From Blastocladiella emersonii ATCC 22665 (lineage: Eukaryota; Fungi; Blastocladiomycota), in assembly GCA_025594325.1 (NCBI GenBank), contig JANHCV010000012.1, positions 1,240,001 through 1,304,000 of the forward strand: DNA of 64,000 nt, in the 5' to 3' direction. A program made the translations under genes and the position numbers. Shown one piece after another: positions 11,885 to 23,908 of the stretch (position 1 is its first letter; each line of letters opens with the position of its first letter). A model generated the notes under the pieces. The model saw only the letters and a program-made list of their open reading frames with translations, did not search any database and had not been told where the DNA came from.

Positions 11885-14112
11885 TCACTCGAGCTCCGCG
11901 TTGAGACTGAAAAGCGACTTTGCCGACTCACCCGCCCGAATCATCTCGCGGATTTCCTTGAACAGCGCCACGGACGGCGTTCGCACACGGAATACCATAC
12001 GAGCATGCTCCAGGTCCCCGCGCAAGGTGGCTTCGCGGATGACCTGGTCCGAATGCGGCGCGATGCGCTCGGCGAGGATTGCTTGGTCGATGTCCGGCGA
12101 GCTAGCGAGCAGTTGGAGCACCCATGACGCCAGCATCGCGCGTGTGTCGAGTGCGTGAAGCGCAAACGTAGGCGCGCGCGCGATGAGGGTCGCAACGGCG
12201 ACGCCGAGCCCAGGAGAGGTGCTGCTGGTCGCGGCAAGCTGCTCGAACGTGAGGCGGTGCGTATCGTCGCGAGAGAGTTCTAGGACTCTGTTCGAGTTGC
12301 TCTCGTGAGCGTATTGCTCGAGGAGAAGCTCGAAGAAGGCAGCGATACCGGCCTCGATCGCAGCTGCGGGACCATGAGAGAGGTGCTGCAGGACGGAGCG
12401 GAGAAGCATCGCGACCACGCCGAGATGGCGCGTTGAGGGCTGACCGAGCGTTTGATCGATGTGATTGAGAGTCTCCGCTACGCTCAAGGGTGACGACGCG
12501 CGCGTCGCAAGGTTGATACACACGGAAGTGAGCGCGGCTAGACCGGGATCGGTGTCGTCCGGGAACTGAGCGAGAAACAGGCTGCGGTCGAGCGCGCCGT
12601 GCGGGTCGCGTTCCGCGTCCACCTCCATGGTCGCGACGAGCTTGGCCAACCCGTCGATCGCCTCGACGGCGACGGGCGGATACTCGACAACGAAGTCCTC
12701 GCGGCAGACGCCTACCGCTGCGCAGATCCGAACGAAACCGAGAACCGTGACTGGCGGGAATCGGCCGCGCAACTCGGCGAGAACTAGAAGCGCGCGTCAG
12801 TTGACATGGTAGAGAAATGTTACAAGCGAGAGAACGTACCAGTAGAGAAGATGGCCGGAAAGACGTCCGGCGCGATAAACGTCCGAACCAGTTTCACAAC
12901 GTACTCGAGCGCGTGCGGGTAGCGCAACGATTCCGAGATGATCAAAGCCCAGACCTCGTCGTGGAGGAGTCCGAGCTCGGCGAACCGCCGAATCACCACA
13001 AAACCGCCCGTCTCGACACACGTGGCGGCGTGGAAGGCAAAGCTGTACCGTTCCCGATCCGTCATGGCGCGAATAGTAGGCACGTCAAACCGGTCCAGTA
13101 GCGCGAGGCCGAGATCGTGGTTGTGCGTCGTAAACTCGCAGAGGCACACGCCAGTGTCGCTGTACACCCAGCCCTGTTGCTGGAGCCACGCAATCGCGTC
13201 GGGCACAACGTCGGCGGCAACGGGATGAGACTGCATCGTGTCAAGGAAGACACTCGCAACGTTGGGCCGGGAGAAGAAGGCCATGAGCTCGATACGGTTG
13301 ACGCTGTAGCCACCATTGAGGATGCGTTCGACGGCGGCAAGGTTCCACACGGTCATTGCCGCCAGCACGAGCGCCATGGAGTAGGTGACGTGAGCCAGCT
13401 CGCCAATATCTGCCGACAGCGATGCTAGAGCCGCGCGCGTAGAGAAGTTTTCGCTTAGCCACAACCTCTACCACACGTTGGTGATGCAGGCGCGCTCGGT
13501 GCGAAACGAGCCGGGAAACAGCGCTACAAGATGGTCGAGACACGCGATCATGCCGTTGATGTCGCCAATGTGCAAGAAGTAGTAAGGGAGCGAGAGTCCT
13601 TCCGGCACCGCGCGGAGCGCACACGACGAGTGAAGCGTGTCCGGAGTTGCATCGGCAAAGGGGCGGAGAGCATCGAGAAGCGATGCGGGTCGCGACTGCG
13701 CGCGGCGGTAAATGTGCGCGAGGACTGACGGCGAGAACGGGTGCAGCACGCGAGTCCGCTCGACACTCAAGTCGTTGCTGTCGTTCAGGACACGCAGACC
13801 GCCTCGCTTAGCATCCTTGAGCCGCATCTTAAGGTACCAGACGAACGGCATCTGCAGCTGACGTGCAGCAGGAAACTCGTCGTCAAGTCGAACGCCAAGG
13901 CGCGCGTCTCGACCTTCGTCGTAATCTTCGAACGTGACGCTATGAGCGACATGGTGCGCCCAGACGCGCAGGACAGTAGGCGAGCGAGCGGCATCGCGCG
14001 TCGTGCTGCACGCGACCGCGATGGCCGACCTCGCCCGCGCAAGCGCAACCGCGCGCTCGAGGACAGTTTCAGGGAGCACATAAAGTGATTGCATCAAGTC
14101 CGGTTGCTTCAT
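11885..14112 (-). pseudogene. Lineage-specific helical-repeat protein with F-box-like N-terminus; in-frame TAG at 13468-13470 (pseudogene, or the stop lies in an unrecognised intron)
   Basis: LYVLPETVLERAVAL N-terminus; ORFs 13468..14220 and 12820..13464 are in the same frame; a 56-nt GTACGT...CTGAC...TAG intron joins them to ORF 11885..12772. Confidence 0.55.
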
Positions 14113-14452
14113 GGGGAGTGTTTCACGCGATTCATAGCGCGCGCGAAGAGCGTGAGCGTTCCGAGCGCAGACGACAGCGATTGGCTGAGCGCGTTTGGCG
14201 TCGCCCGCGGTCAGCAGCACGTGCGTGGCTCAGCGCGCTTGCCCTTGCCCTTGTGCTTCAGTCCTGCATGCGCGCACGCGCACGAATAGAGCGCCCATGT
14301 GGGTCTCTGCATAAAGCGCACGAGCTGCTCTCGTTGGTGGCGTCTCCCGACGCCCACGAGCGAGAGTATAAAGTTGGCATCGCCCCCCACCCACGACCCT
14401 CGCTCTCGCCCGTCCGCTCGCTCGTCGCCTCGAAGCAGACGCAACCATGACC

Positions 14453-15822
14453 ATGTATCAACACCCTGTCCTCGCCCTCGTGGCGGTCCTTGCCCTTGGC
14501 GCCCAGATCGCGACTGCGTACGGGTCTACCCCACTGCGCGGCATCTGTTTCGTGTGCTCCTCGCTCACGAACCGCCGCTGCGTTTGCTAGTTGGCAGATC
14601 TACAACTTTGGAATGGCGCACGTCGAGGACTGGCGGCACAACGCGGGCCGCTGCCTTGACTTCTCAGAGGCCACTGCGAGTACGTTTTCGATCGCTCGCA
14701 TTACTGGTGCGGCTGAGCAGACTGCTGACGCTCAACGCTTGCGTTAGATGGCCAGTCCGCCAAGGCGCAGATGTGGGCGTGCGTAAACCAGTGGGGCTAC
14801 TTTAACGACCCAGGGTTTGCGGACTCCCCGCATAATCACCGGATTGTTGACTATCACCCTTCTCGCATGTCCTCGTACGTCTTCTATCCAACTGACTCAA
14901 GTCAGCGACGAACTAACCTTTGGATCGACCCTATACCGCATGCCAGCATTATGCACAAGTACAACGGCGTCAATTACTGCCTTGACGTGGCCGAGGGCAA
15001 GGCGTTTGAAGGTGCCGAGGTTCGATGGTGGAAGTGGTACGTGTACTTCAACGCCAACCTCACGCGACCATCCGCCCCTCCACTCACACGCTGTACTTGA
15101 TTCGTGCCCTGCTCAGCAACGGCACTCCAGCTCAGCAGTGGGACAAAAGAAATTACCGCTTCGCTTCGGCCCTCGAGCCAAGTCTCTGCCTCGATCCCGT
15201 TGGCGGTACGTTCTCTTTTGTGTCGGTTACCCACAACGCGTTGATGCTAACGCGTGGCCTCGCATCAGGTTCCAGCGGCGATCGCAACGGGCAGCGATTG
15301 CAGCTCTGGAAATGCACAGGCAATTCCGGGAACACTGCGCAGAATTTTGACTTCATGGACCTTGGCCGCACCAACGGCCGCATCGACATGCAGCGCGACT
15401 GCCGTGTACAGCAACCGCCGGGCGAGATGTGCAACATCCACTGCAACTACCGCGAGAAGTGGAAGCCGTTCTGGTACGACGGCATCACCTACTCGTGCGG
15501 GCACCCGAACGGGCCTGACGGGTCGCTTGTCTGCGTGACCAACATCCACCCGGACCAGGAGCCCCACGACTGGGAGCCCGAGCAGGAGCCGCTGTGCTAC
15601 TGCGTGTGCTCCCCGTTTGGCGACAGCAGCGGGCCCGAGTCGGCCGGCACGAACCGCACCCGTACCCCGACCCGCAAGATTGCGCTCAAGGGCAGTGCTG
15701 GTCGTGCCACCAAGGCGGCGGCGACCAAGGCGGCGGCGACCAAGGCGGCGGCGACCAAGGCGGCGGCGACCAAGTCGGCGACCAAGCCGGTCCCTGCCGC
15801 CATCGCGACCCCGACCCTCTGA
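14453..15822 (+). CDS. Secreted ricin-B-like lectin + Cys-rich C-terminal domain, multi-exon (paralog 2)
   Basis: Signal peptide MYQHPVLALVAVLALGAQIATA; RCLDFSEA, AQMWAC, YCLDVAEGKAFEGAEVRWW, AQQW, QRLQLWKC, AQNF; several intron positions shared with paralog 1; (TKAAA)4 tail from a 15-bp repeat. Confidence 0.8.
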
Positions 15823-16022
15823 TCCGCCCGCTCCTCGATTTTGACCTCTGCTGCCCATTTTTCGCCCTTTGAATCTGTCCGTGTCCCATTGCAGCAAGTT
15901 TATACAGTTTGTTTCATTCGAATCACATCACGTTGAGAGAGGTAGAGTGAATGCTGGTGTCGGCCATCTCTTCCGCCGCGCTGTATCTTACACCACCATC
16001 AATACCACGGCCACCGACCTTC

Positions 16023-17743
16023 TCATACCCCGCGGCCGCCCGTCCGCCACGCCGCGGCCATCTCCTCAGTGACGGACCAGTACCCGCGTCCACGGGCGTC
16101 CGCCGACATCGGCACCCTCGCCCGCCCCTCCTCCTCCTCGCGATCCCCGTGCGCCATCGCCTTGATCCTAGCCATTGCGCCCTCGAGCTCGCTGCACAAC
16201 GCCTCGGCCTCGCTGCGCTTCTCCACGCGCCCGCGCTCGCGCTCTGCGGCCTCGCGTTCGAGCGTCGCGACCCGCGCTTCCGCGACCGCGCGTGCACCGC
16301 GCTCCGTCTCGAGGCGGCGGCCGAGCCACTCGGCGTGCTGGCGCAGCTGCGCGGTCACGGCGCGCTCGTCGTCGAGGCGCGCGCGCAGGTCGCACACGGT
16401 TGTCACGAGACGGTGTTCGCGGCGGCGGAGCGAGGCGAGGGCGGAGGCGGTGGGGGAGGTGGTGCTGGAGGTGACGGAGGAGGTGTGGGAGAGGTCGAGC
16501 GAGTCGGTGCGCGACGGCGGTGTCGCGGAACCTGCGGTCGCGACGGAGGTCGGCGAGCGCGGGAGCGACGGCGCGGTCGTTGAGCAGGCGGTCGCGACAG
16601 AGGTCGGCGAGCGCAGGAGAGAGGGCGCGACCGTCGACCCGGTCGTTGCAGCGGTCGCGGACCGCGGGAGCGACGGCGACGTGGCACCCGACCCCACCGT
16701 CGGGTCGGGCAGGTAGCGGACCAGCGGCGACGCAAACTCGGCGTCGCTCTCGTCAACGACCGAGCGGCGACGCAGGTGCGGGACCGGGACGGCGGACGGC
16801 GGACGCGGGCGCGGGTTCCACTCGTCGTGGTCGGCGGACCGGCGTGACGACGAGGGCGAGGCGGATGCGGATGCGCGGACGGTGTCGTTGGACGCGGTGC
16901 TGTTGACTTTGGGCAGGACGGGTTCAGGGTCCGCATCGTCGGCGTACGAGGCGAGCAGGTCGTTGACGCTCGCGGCGGCCGGAAACGTGCGGCGCTCGTC
17001 GAGGTCAGCGGCCTGCGCGGCGGCGGCGAGGAGCGCCGCGGAGCCCGAGTCCCGAGTCGCGGCGCGGCCGCGGACGGGTGAGCGAGGCGCGATGTACAGG
17101 TCGCCGAGCGAGGTGGCGACGGTGGGTCTTGTGGGTGACGGACGTGTGGGTGACGACGGTGTTTGAGCGGGTGGTGCGACAGGCGAGTGCGGCGACAGCA
17201 CCGTCGTCACGGTGAGATCCGCCGGTCTCGCACGCGCCGCCGCGACGGGCGTTGGCGGGATCGCCGCGAGCATAGCCTCGTGCTCGACGTCGGGCGTTAC
17301 GTGCGGGGGCGGGTACTCGACGCCGAACTCGCAGTCTTCGAGCTGCTCGAGTTCGAGCTCCAGGTCGTCGAGGACCTCGTGCTGCAGGTGAATATCCCAG
17401 TCGCTCGGTCCCTGTCCGTCGCGGTCGAGCGGCGGTGGCGGTCCGTCGTGGCGCTTGCGCAGGAGGTGGGTCGGCGAGTAGGAGCGGCGGCGCAGGTACG
17501 GGCTCGCGGGTCCCGTGCGCTGCTTGATGGCGGTCGAGATGGTCGGGCGCCAGACCTCGCGGCGCGAGCGGCCCTCGGAGGCTTCGAGGCGCTCGTTGGT
17601 GCGTCGCCGGCCGCTAAACGAGGGTTGGGGTTAGTGCGAGTCGGGAGAAGAGACGACGGTGGGTGGACGGACCGCGGCGACGGCGGCAGCGAGGCGACGA
17701 GGATGTAGGGGTCGTCGGCGGGCGACGAGAGTGCGGCGCTCAT
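16023..17743 (-). CDS. Hypothetical Ser/Pro-rich protein with C-terminal coiled coil (2 exons)
   Basis: ATG at 17743; a GTCCGT...CTAAC...TTAG intron joins it in frame to the long ORF ending at 16023; heptad-like LRARLDDERAVTAQLRQ segment. Confidence 0.6.
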
Positions 17744-18149
17744 GGCTGCGGTGGTTGCGTTAAATCATGAGGGTTGCGTTGAGATCGGTTGCGGGAGAGG
17801 AGAGCGGGCGCGAAGAAAAGTGTCTCCTCCCAAAGCGCGAGACAAACGCGTTGCGGGCGCGGTCAGGTGAGGCGGCTGCCACGGGTGTTGGGCGGTGGAA
17901 CGCGACCCGTTTCGGGTGGGCACGTTGGTGGCGCCGGGCGCGGCCGCTTGCGCCCACTTTCCGCCACGGGCAGGCCGGTGGCGAGCGCCACCCTGAGCGG
18001 AGAAGGCCGCCGCTCCCGCAACGCTGCAACACTCGTACAGCGCACTCTAGCGAAGCCCATGTAAGAATGAACCGATGCAACCTGCGATGCAGCCCGCTGA
18101 CCTCCGCCGGCGCGGCGTCTAGAGAACCACCACCACCGCCACCATCACC

Positions 18150-19041
18150 ATGACCAACGACGACTCGCGCCGCGGCCGGTCGCCTGCCCCCTCGCCGCTC
18201 GCCTACTCGGGCGCGCCCGCCTCCTCCTCCCCCGCTGCCGCTGCCGCCACCGCCGCCGCCACGGCCCCCGCGCACGTGCGCCGCCAGCCCAACGCCCCCG
18301 TGGCGGGCAACTCGTCGCTGCAGATCACAGGCATCTTCGGGTTCGGCACCGACGCCCCCGACTACCTGATGCACGACTTCGAGCCGGCGACCAAGCCGCG
18401 CGCGCGCCTGCTCGCCGCCGCCTCGGGCCCGCGCCGCGGCCGCTCGCCCAACCCGCTCGTGTGGGACGAGTCGCCCGAGGCCCGCGAGGAGGCCATGCGC
18501 TCGCTCGTCGTCGTCCCGCAGTCCAAGCGCCGCGCCAAGTCGGTCCCGCCGCCCGCCACCTCGGGCGTCATTGGCCAGAGCCCCGCGGCGGGGGCCACTG
18601 ACAACGTCGTTCCGCGCAAGCGCGGCACCTACACCAAGGTACCCGGCGGCACGCCTTACTCGTTCAAGGTAACGGTCGATTCTCTTTTCGCTTTCGGCTG
18701 CTCGTTCGCTCTTTGCTCCTCTCTTCGCGGGTGGACGAGGGGCGGGCGGGCAGCCTGCTGACACTTCGGATTCCCTCATCCCCACCCACCGTGTCTGTGT
18801 ACTCATTCACGCGCACCCTCCACTCTCGCCCCCGTGTATACCACCCGTGCTCCCGCGCAAGGTCCCGCAGTCGGACCCGTCGCTCGTCGACCCGCTCACC
18901 CTGCACCCCAAGTCGTCCTCCAACGGCGAGATCCGGTACGTGGCCTCGGGCCGCCGCCTGCGCCGCCCCGCCTCGTCCGCGCGCCTCGGCAACGACTCGC
19001 GCAACGGTACCGGCGCCTCGCTCACCTGGAAGGAGGAGTAA
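18150..19041 (+). CDS. Hypothetical protein (2 exons)
   Basis: High-GC3 ORF MTNDDSRRGR...PYSFK, intron from ~18669, second exon ...DPSLVDPLTLHPK...LTWKEE*. Confidence 0.55.
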
Positions 19042-19226
19042 TCGACTTCCAACGACAAGACCTACAAGAATGGGAGAACCCCGCCCCGCCAAGCAACCAC
19101 CACCGATTTTGTACACACACACTCGCTCGCTCTGTAATAGTATCGCACCACATCATCACCACCACCTCTACCAACACCAATGCGGAAAGTATAACGATTT
19201 ATTTCACCTCTTGCCTCGCTCGCTCT

Positions 19227-20293
19227 TTACTTGCGGTACCCGCCGCCGCCGCGGCCGTACCCCGAGGACCGCGACTCCTCGCGCCGCCGCTTGCGCTCGC
19301 GCTCCTCCTCGATGGCTCGGTCCAGCTTCGACGTGGCGCTCACGGGCGCCGCGGACGCGGGGGCAGGGGAGGCGACCGGCGCCGCGCTCGCCATCATGGA
19401 CGCGAGGCTGCGCTTCTTGGGCGCTGCCGCGGTTGTCGCGGTAGCGGTCGCGGGCTTGGCGCCGAACCCAAACTTCTTGATGCCGGAAGCAGCGGGTGCC
19501 GCAGCCGTGAGCTTGACGCCACCGAGCGCGAGTTTGAGCGGGGCCGCGGGCGCAGCAGCTGGTGCCGACGCGTCGTCAGACGCCGGTGCTGCGGCGTCGC
19601 CTGCAGAAGCCGAGTCAGGCCGCTTGAGCTCAGTGGTGAGCCCCTTGGCCTTGATCTCCTCCTCCTGACGCGCGCGGCGCTCCTCGGCCTCCTTGTTAGC
19701 CCTCGCGATCTGGGCCTCGATCATCTCGCGCTCGACCGTCTCGGCGTCGCGCTCCTCGCGCTCCTTTCGCGCCGCGGCCTCCATGCGCTTCATGGCCTCG
19801 GGCGACCGGTCTATGTACGCGACCCACCACCCGCGCTCGGTCTCGTCGACGCGGCAGTCGCCCTCGCGGCCGAGGTGCTTCGCGAACTCGGACAGCGACG
19901 ACCAGCACGTCGCGTTCATGTGCACGTGGTGCCGGTCCGAGATGTACTCCTGGTACACCTGGTTCGCGAGCACGCGCAGCGTGCCGTACCGGGTCCGTAA
20001 AATGTCGAGGTAGCCCGACTTGAACTGGCGCGAGTACTCGGTCAGCATCGCCGCCGCGTTGTCGCTGAACAGCTCCATGGCACGCTGGTGCGACTCGGTG
20101 TTGATGTGGCACTTGAACCCGTTCTCGTCGCGGCACGACTAGATTGACGATAAGGGTGAGCCGGCGGTGGGGTGAGGGAGATGAAGAAGCGCACCTTCTT
20201 GCACGCCTCGCAGTACCACCGCAGCTTCTGCAGGCCCTTGGCCTTGATGCGGTTGCCAATCGCCTTGGCCGTCAGGAATCCTTCCTTGCCCAT
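19227..20293 (-). CDS. KIN17: DNA/RNA-binding protein KIN17 (RTS2 homolog), 1 intron
   Basis: MGKEGFLTAKAIGNRIKAKGLQKLRWYCEACKK; SCRDENGFKCHINTESHQR; EYISDRHHVHMNATCWSSLSEFAKHLGREG. Confidence 0.95.
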
Positions 20294-20559
20294 GGTTGCA
20301 GCAAGTTACGCGGAGTAGAGATGCATCAGCTTCCGTGTGTGAGTTCACGATGGGGAGCTCGAGCCGCGCGGGTTGTTCCCTTCACCTCGCGCGTTGACCG
20401 CGGCGGCCAGCGCCGGCGGCTCTCTCACCTCACACAGGTCAGAGGCGACCATGGCCATGGCCAAATCACTGATGAATCATCAGCTACTCCGCCACCCACC
20501 CTAGCCGCTGCGCGAGCTCCAAGAGCCGGAGCAGCGCAAACGGCTCCGGCACCGTGTGC

Positions 20560-21560
20560 GCCAGGGGCAGCCCCGAGGGGTGCCGCGCCTCCATCACGGA
20601 CAGACGGTTCCCGTGTCGAGCGCCTCCGTCAAGTACCTGAGCTCACGGACCGACGCAAACCACGCCTTGAGAACGTCTCGATGTCCATTCGTGCTCGCGC
20701 GCGCCGTCTGCGTATGCGTACTCGAGCGGCAGGTTCGAATCACTGTTTAACCACAGCACGGTGCACTTGAATCCCGACTCGTTCGCACCGTCTAGCGCAT
20801 GCGCCGAGGAGTGCATCGCGTTCGGGAGATACCGGTTCCACCACCGCAACACACTAGCAAGTCCATGCGCCGAGGCGGTGTCGATGCAGCTCAGCTGGGA
20901 CTGCCAGCTGCCCGCGTCCGCGCAGGCGGCGGTCGAGTGCTACTGCATGCGTGCCGCGACCAGGGGCCGGAGCAAAGCGCGGTCGAAGGCGCGAGTGACA
21001 GGGTCTGTCGAACGCGCGAGTGACAAGGTCGGTCGATGCAGACGAAGAACGCAGCGCGGGGCCAGAGATCGACAACGGCAACGCGCTCCTGCGCGCACGC
21101 AAGTTTGAAGACCAGCGAGGCTGGTACACGGCGAGGCGGGCGAGGCAAGCCTTGCTGGCAGCCGCTGCTTGGCCAGAAAGTTCAAGAGGGGTTTCCCCCA
21201 ACGCCGTCCGCTGCAGCCGGGCCGGACCGCGCGCAACGCTGAGGGACTGGCGGAGCGCCGCGGCCGCACGCGCGTGGCGTGTGATTTGAGTCCGTGCGAT
21301 CGTCCGGTTTGGAGGAGGTCAGCTCGGGCAGCGGCGTGCACAGCCGGCTCCCGTCAACAAGGCTTCGTGGTCCGCGTCGACCTGCACGTTATCACCTCCA
21401 ATGATTGGTTCTTTTGCCATATCGTTGCGGTAGACGCAAGTTGCGTGAACCGACATCGCTGGCCGAGACGACGCCTCGCGAGGACGACGATCGGTCTTAA
21501 TGATCTTGAGCGGCGACCGCGGAAGTAGCCGCTCAAGGCACGCAGTTGCATCAACTGAAT
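20560..21560 (-). pseudogene. Heavily frameshifted ankyrin-like repeat gene (tandem paralog B); boundaries approximate
   Basis: Fragments IDTASAHGLASVLRWWNRYL, ALDGANESG...WLNSDSNLPLEY, HRDVLKAWFASVRELRYLTEALD and FKLACAQERVAVVDLW are collinear with paralog A. Confidence 0.6.
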
Positions 21561-21988
21561 CCATGGCGACAATGGTTTAAGTTTGCAGGGAGAGAGCAGA
21601 GGTGATCCGTGTGGCCGGAGGAAAACTGGGGCTTCGCTTCCCGAGCTGAGCACGTGAGGGTCACGGCATATGACCGACGCGAGACGATCATGTTCACCGC
21701 CCAGTTCCCACTCCCACGCGTTCCAAATGCTGGTTCCAGTGACAGGATCTTCGTTCTTATGTTGCTGTCCCAAATGTTGGCGAAAGGATGATGCGGTTTA
21801 TGAGGACTCCGCAAAGACCGCGGAACTGAGCGTGCTTGGCACAAATGACCGCGATCTCCTTAAAAGATACACGGAACGGCATCCACAGGGTTTTCGTACG
21901 GTAGATCAACAACAAACAGACAGTTGCGAGCTCAAGCTTCGTGTGCTCGCTTCGCATCAACGGGTCCGCAAAGAGCGACCAGATTTAT

Positions 21989-23062
21989 TCATGTCGGGCT
22001 ACTTGGCAAACCGTCTTCATAATTGATCCAAAGAGCACGCACTTCATTCGTTATGTACGCATTTAAGGCACGATCCGTGTACTTGAGCGGCAGGCCCGAT
22101 GCGAACCACACCTCAAGGACAGCGGCCCTATTGTACTGGGTCGCGCGGTCGAGTGCCCCGGACGAGTACTTTAGCGGGAGTCCGGACTCGTTGAGCCACC
22201 ACGATACAACGTCGACGTGGCTGTGACCACTCGCATAGTCGAGGGCCCAATTCACTGTAGTGGAAAACTCCTGGAAAATGCTTGTGCCACCACTTGAGAA
22301 CTTGGAGCTGCCCACGCTCACTCGCTGTGTCAATCAGCATCGGCCCGCAGCGCCAGCAACCGTAGCTTCGGCGACATTGGTGCCGGGAGGATGCAAGCCG
22401 TTCGTTTAGCTTGGACTGATCGACTTGGTCGTTTTCATCAAGGCAGTTGGGGAGGATAGCCCGAAGCCACCGATCAAGGACAGAAACGCTACCTTCTCGG
22501 ATGGCGATATGCGCAAACGCATTGATGCGGAGTAAAGCTGGGCCGGGTGGGTTTCGAAGGAGGTAATCAAGCACATTCGACGGGCCTCGCTGACACAAGG
22601 CCCGACATAGGATATGATTCGGGGTTGTCGCCAGAACGCCGCGCAAGGAAAAGAAGCGCGTGAAAAATCTGAGGCGATCAAGTCGGTCCTCGGCAAGGAT
22701 GTGAAACAGCGACGTGCCAGGGAGATGGCGGCAAATAAAGCGTTGCAGTCGGCTCAAAGGGCGCACAACGTAGAGGTACGACCAAAGCTTTGTTGCGACA
22801 AGCTTGTTTTCAGAGCCCGGCTCGCTCGCTACGCAGTTGCGTCGACCGGCGAGAAAATCGGTTGTTCGACGCGGTTGTGGGTACCGATGCATTGAAAGTG
22901 GAAGGTTCCGCCACGGGTACGTCTTGCCCAGCTGGTCCAGACAATGACACACCATTGGTGCTGTTCTACGTTGGGACGGCGGGGGCGGACACGAAAGTGC
23001 GAGTTTGGCTGCAACAAGTAGTACTTCGGGAGGCGAGGGAGACGAGCGGGTGTCGCGGACAT
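21989..23062 (-). pseudogene. F-box-like/ankyrin-like repeat gene with >=2 frameshifts (tandem paralog A)
   Basis: MSATPARLPRLP/EVLLVAAKL; LIDTASERGQLQVLKWW; ALDYASGHSHVDVVSWWLNESGLPLKYSSGALDRAT; a frame change near 22250. Confidence 0.75.
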
Positions 23063-23908
23063 GCTGGCATTCAAACTAGAATTGTCTCGGTGCGCGTTCG
23101 AGGAAGCGAAGGGAGATGAAATATGCGGAACTCGGTGAGCAAGAGTAGCTCGTTGGTGGGCCCTTGGATTTGGAACAGGGTTGCTGTAGGTCAGTGCGCA
23201 GGAACTTAGGAGAGGTGCCTCAACTAACGGGCAGAGTGCAGAGTGCAGCTTCCGCAGTGTCCGCACCTGAAACCAAGATTTTCTCGCAAATGTGTGCACG
23301 TAATGAATGCATGCATTCAATGCCGGAAGTTCGGGTCACACGGAAACAAGCCTCGACCAAGACCGAGCTTGTCTATTCCTCGATTTCAACAAAGAATACT
23401 ATCGCTTTCATACTGGAAATTCATTTTCAAATCGAATGATACTCCGTTGCGACTAATCTTTGGGGAGCCCAGGGCGAGCAGGAGTGCATGTCCCTGAGGC
23501 GAGGTATCCACCGCCAATGTTTTACTACTACGTTCACATGGGAAAATAGCTTCGGCCTTTTGTCTTCAAACATGCCAAGGGGAGCGTTTCACTAGGCACG
23601 TTTTGAAGGGAACGCGCTACCTTTCAGTCGCACTCTCGCAGCGCTTGTTTCACTAATCATGGACTAGTCGTGTTCACATTCAAGTTAAGAGGTGATTCAA
23701 ATTGCAAAACGAGCACGGGAGGAAAGTTCGAGGTCGCCCACTCGTCGCGTTGAGTCGCGTTGCGCCACTCACGTGATTGATCGACGCGTCCCATGTCTCT
23801 CACTGCCCTGAAGTAGGTGCGGCGATGCTTATGCGAGGCTTGAGAAACGTAGATTGAGTATTGAAAACGGACAAATGACACAAAGAAGGCATGAAATCAG
23901 CTGAACAG

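Noticed and set aside
20725-20750. GGTTCGAATC tRNA T-loop/B-box
   Set aside because: The flanks (GCAGG/CACTG) do not pair, there is no cloverleaf, and it lies inside the ankyrin-like pseudogene on the other strand.
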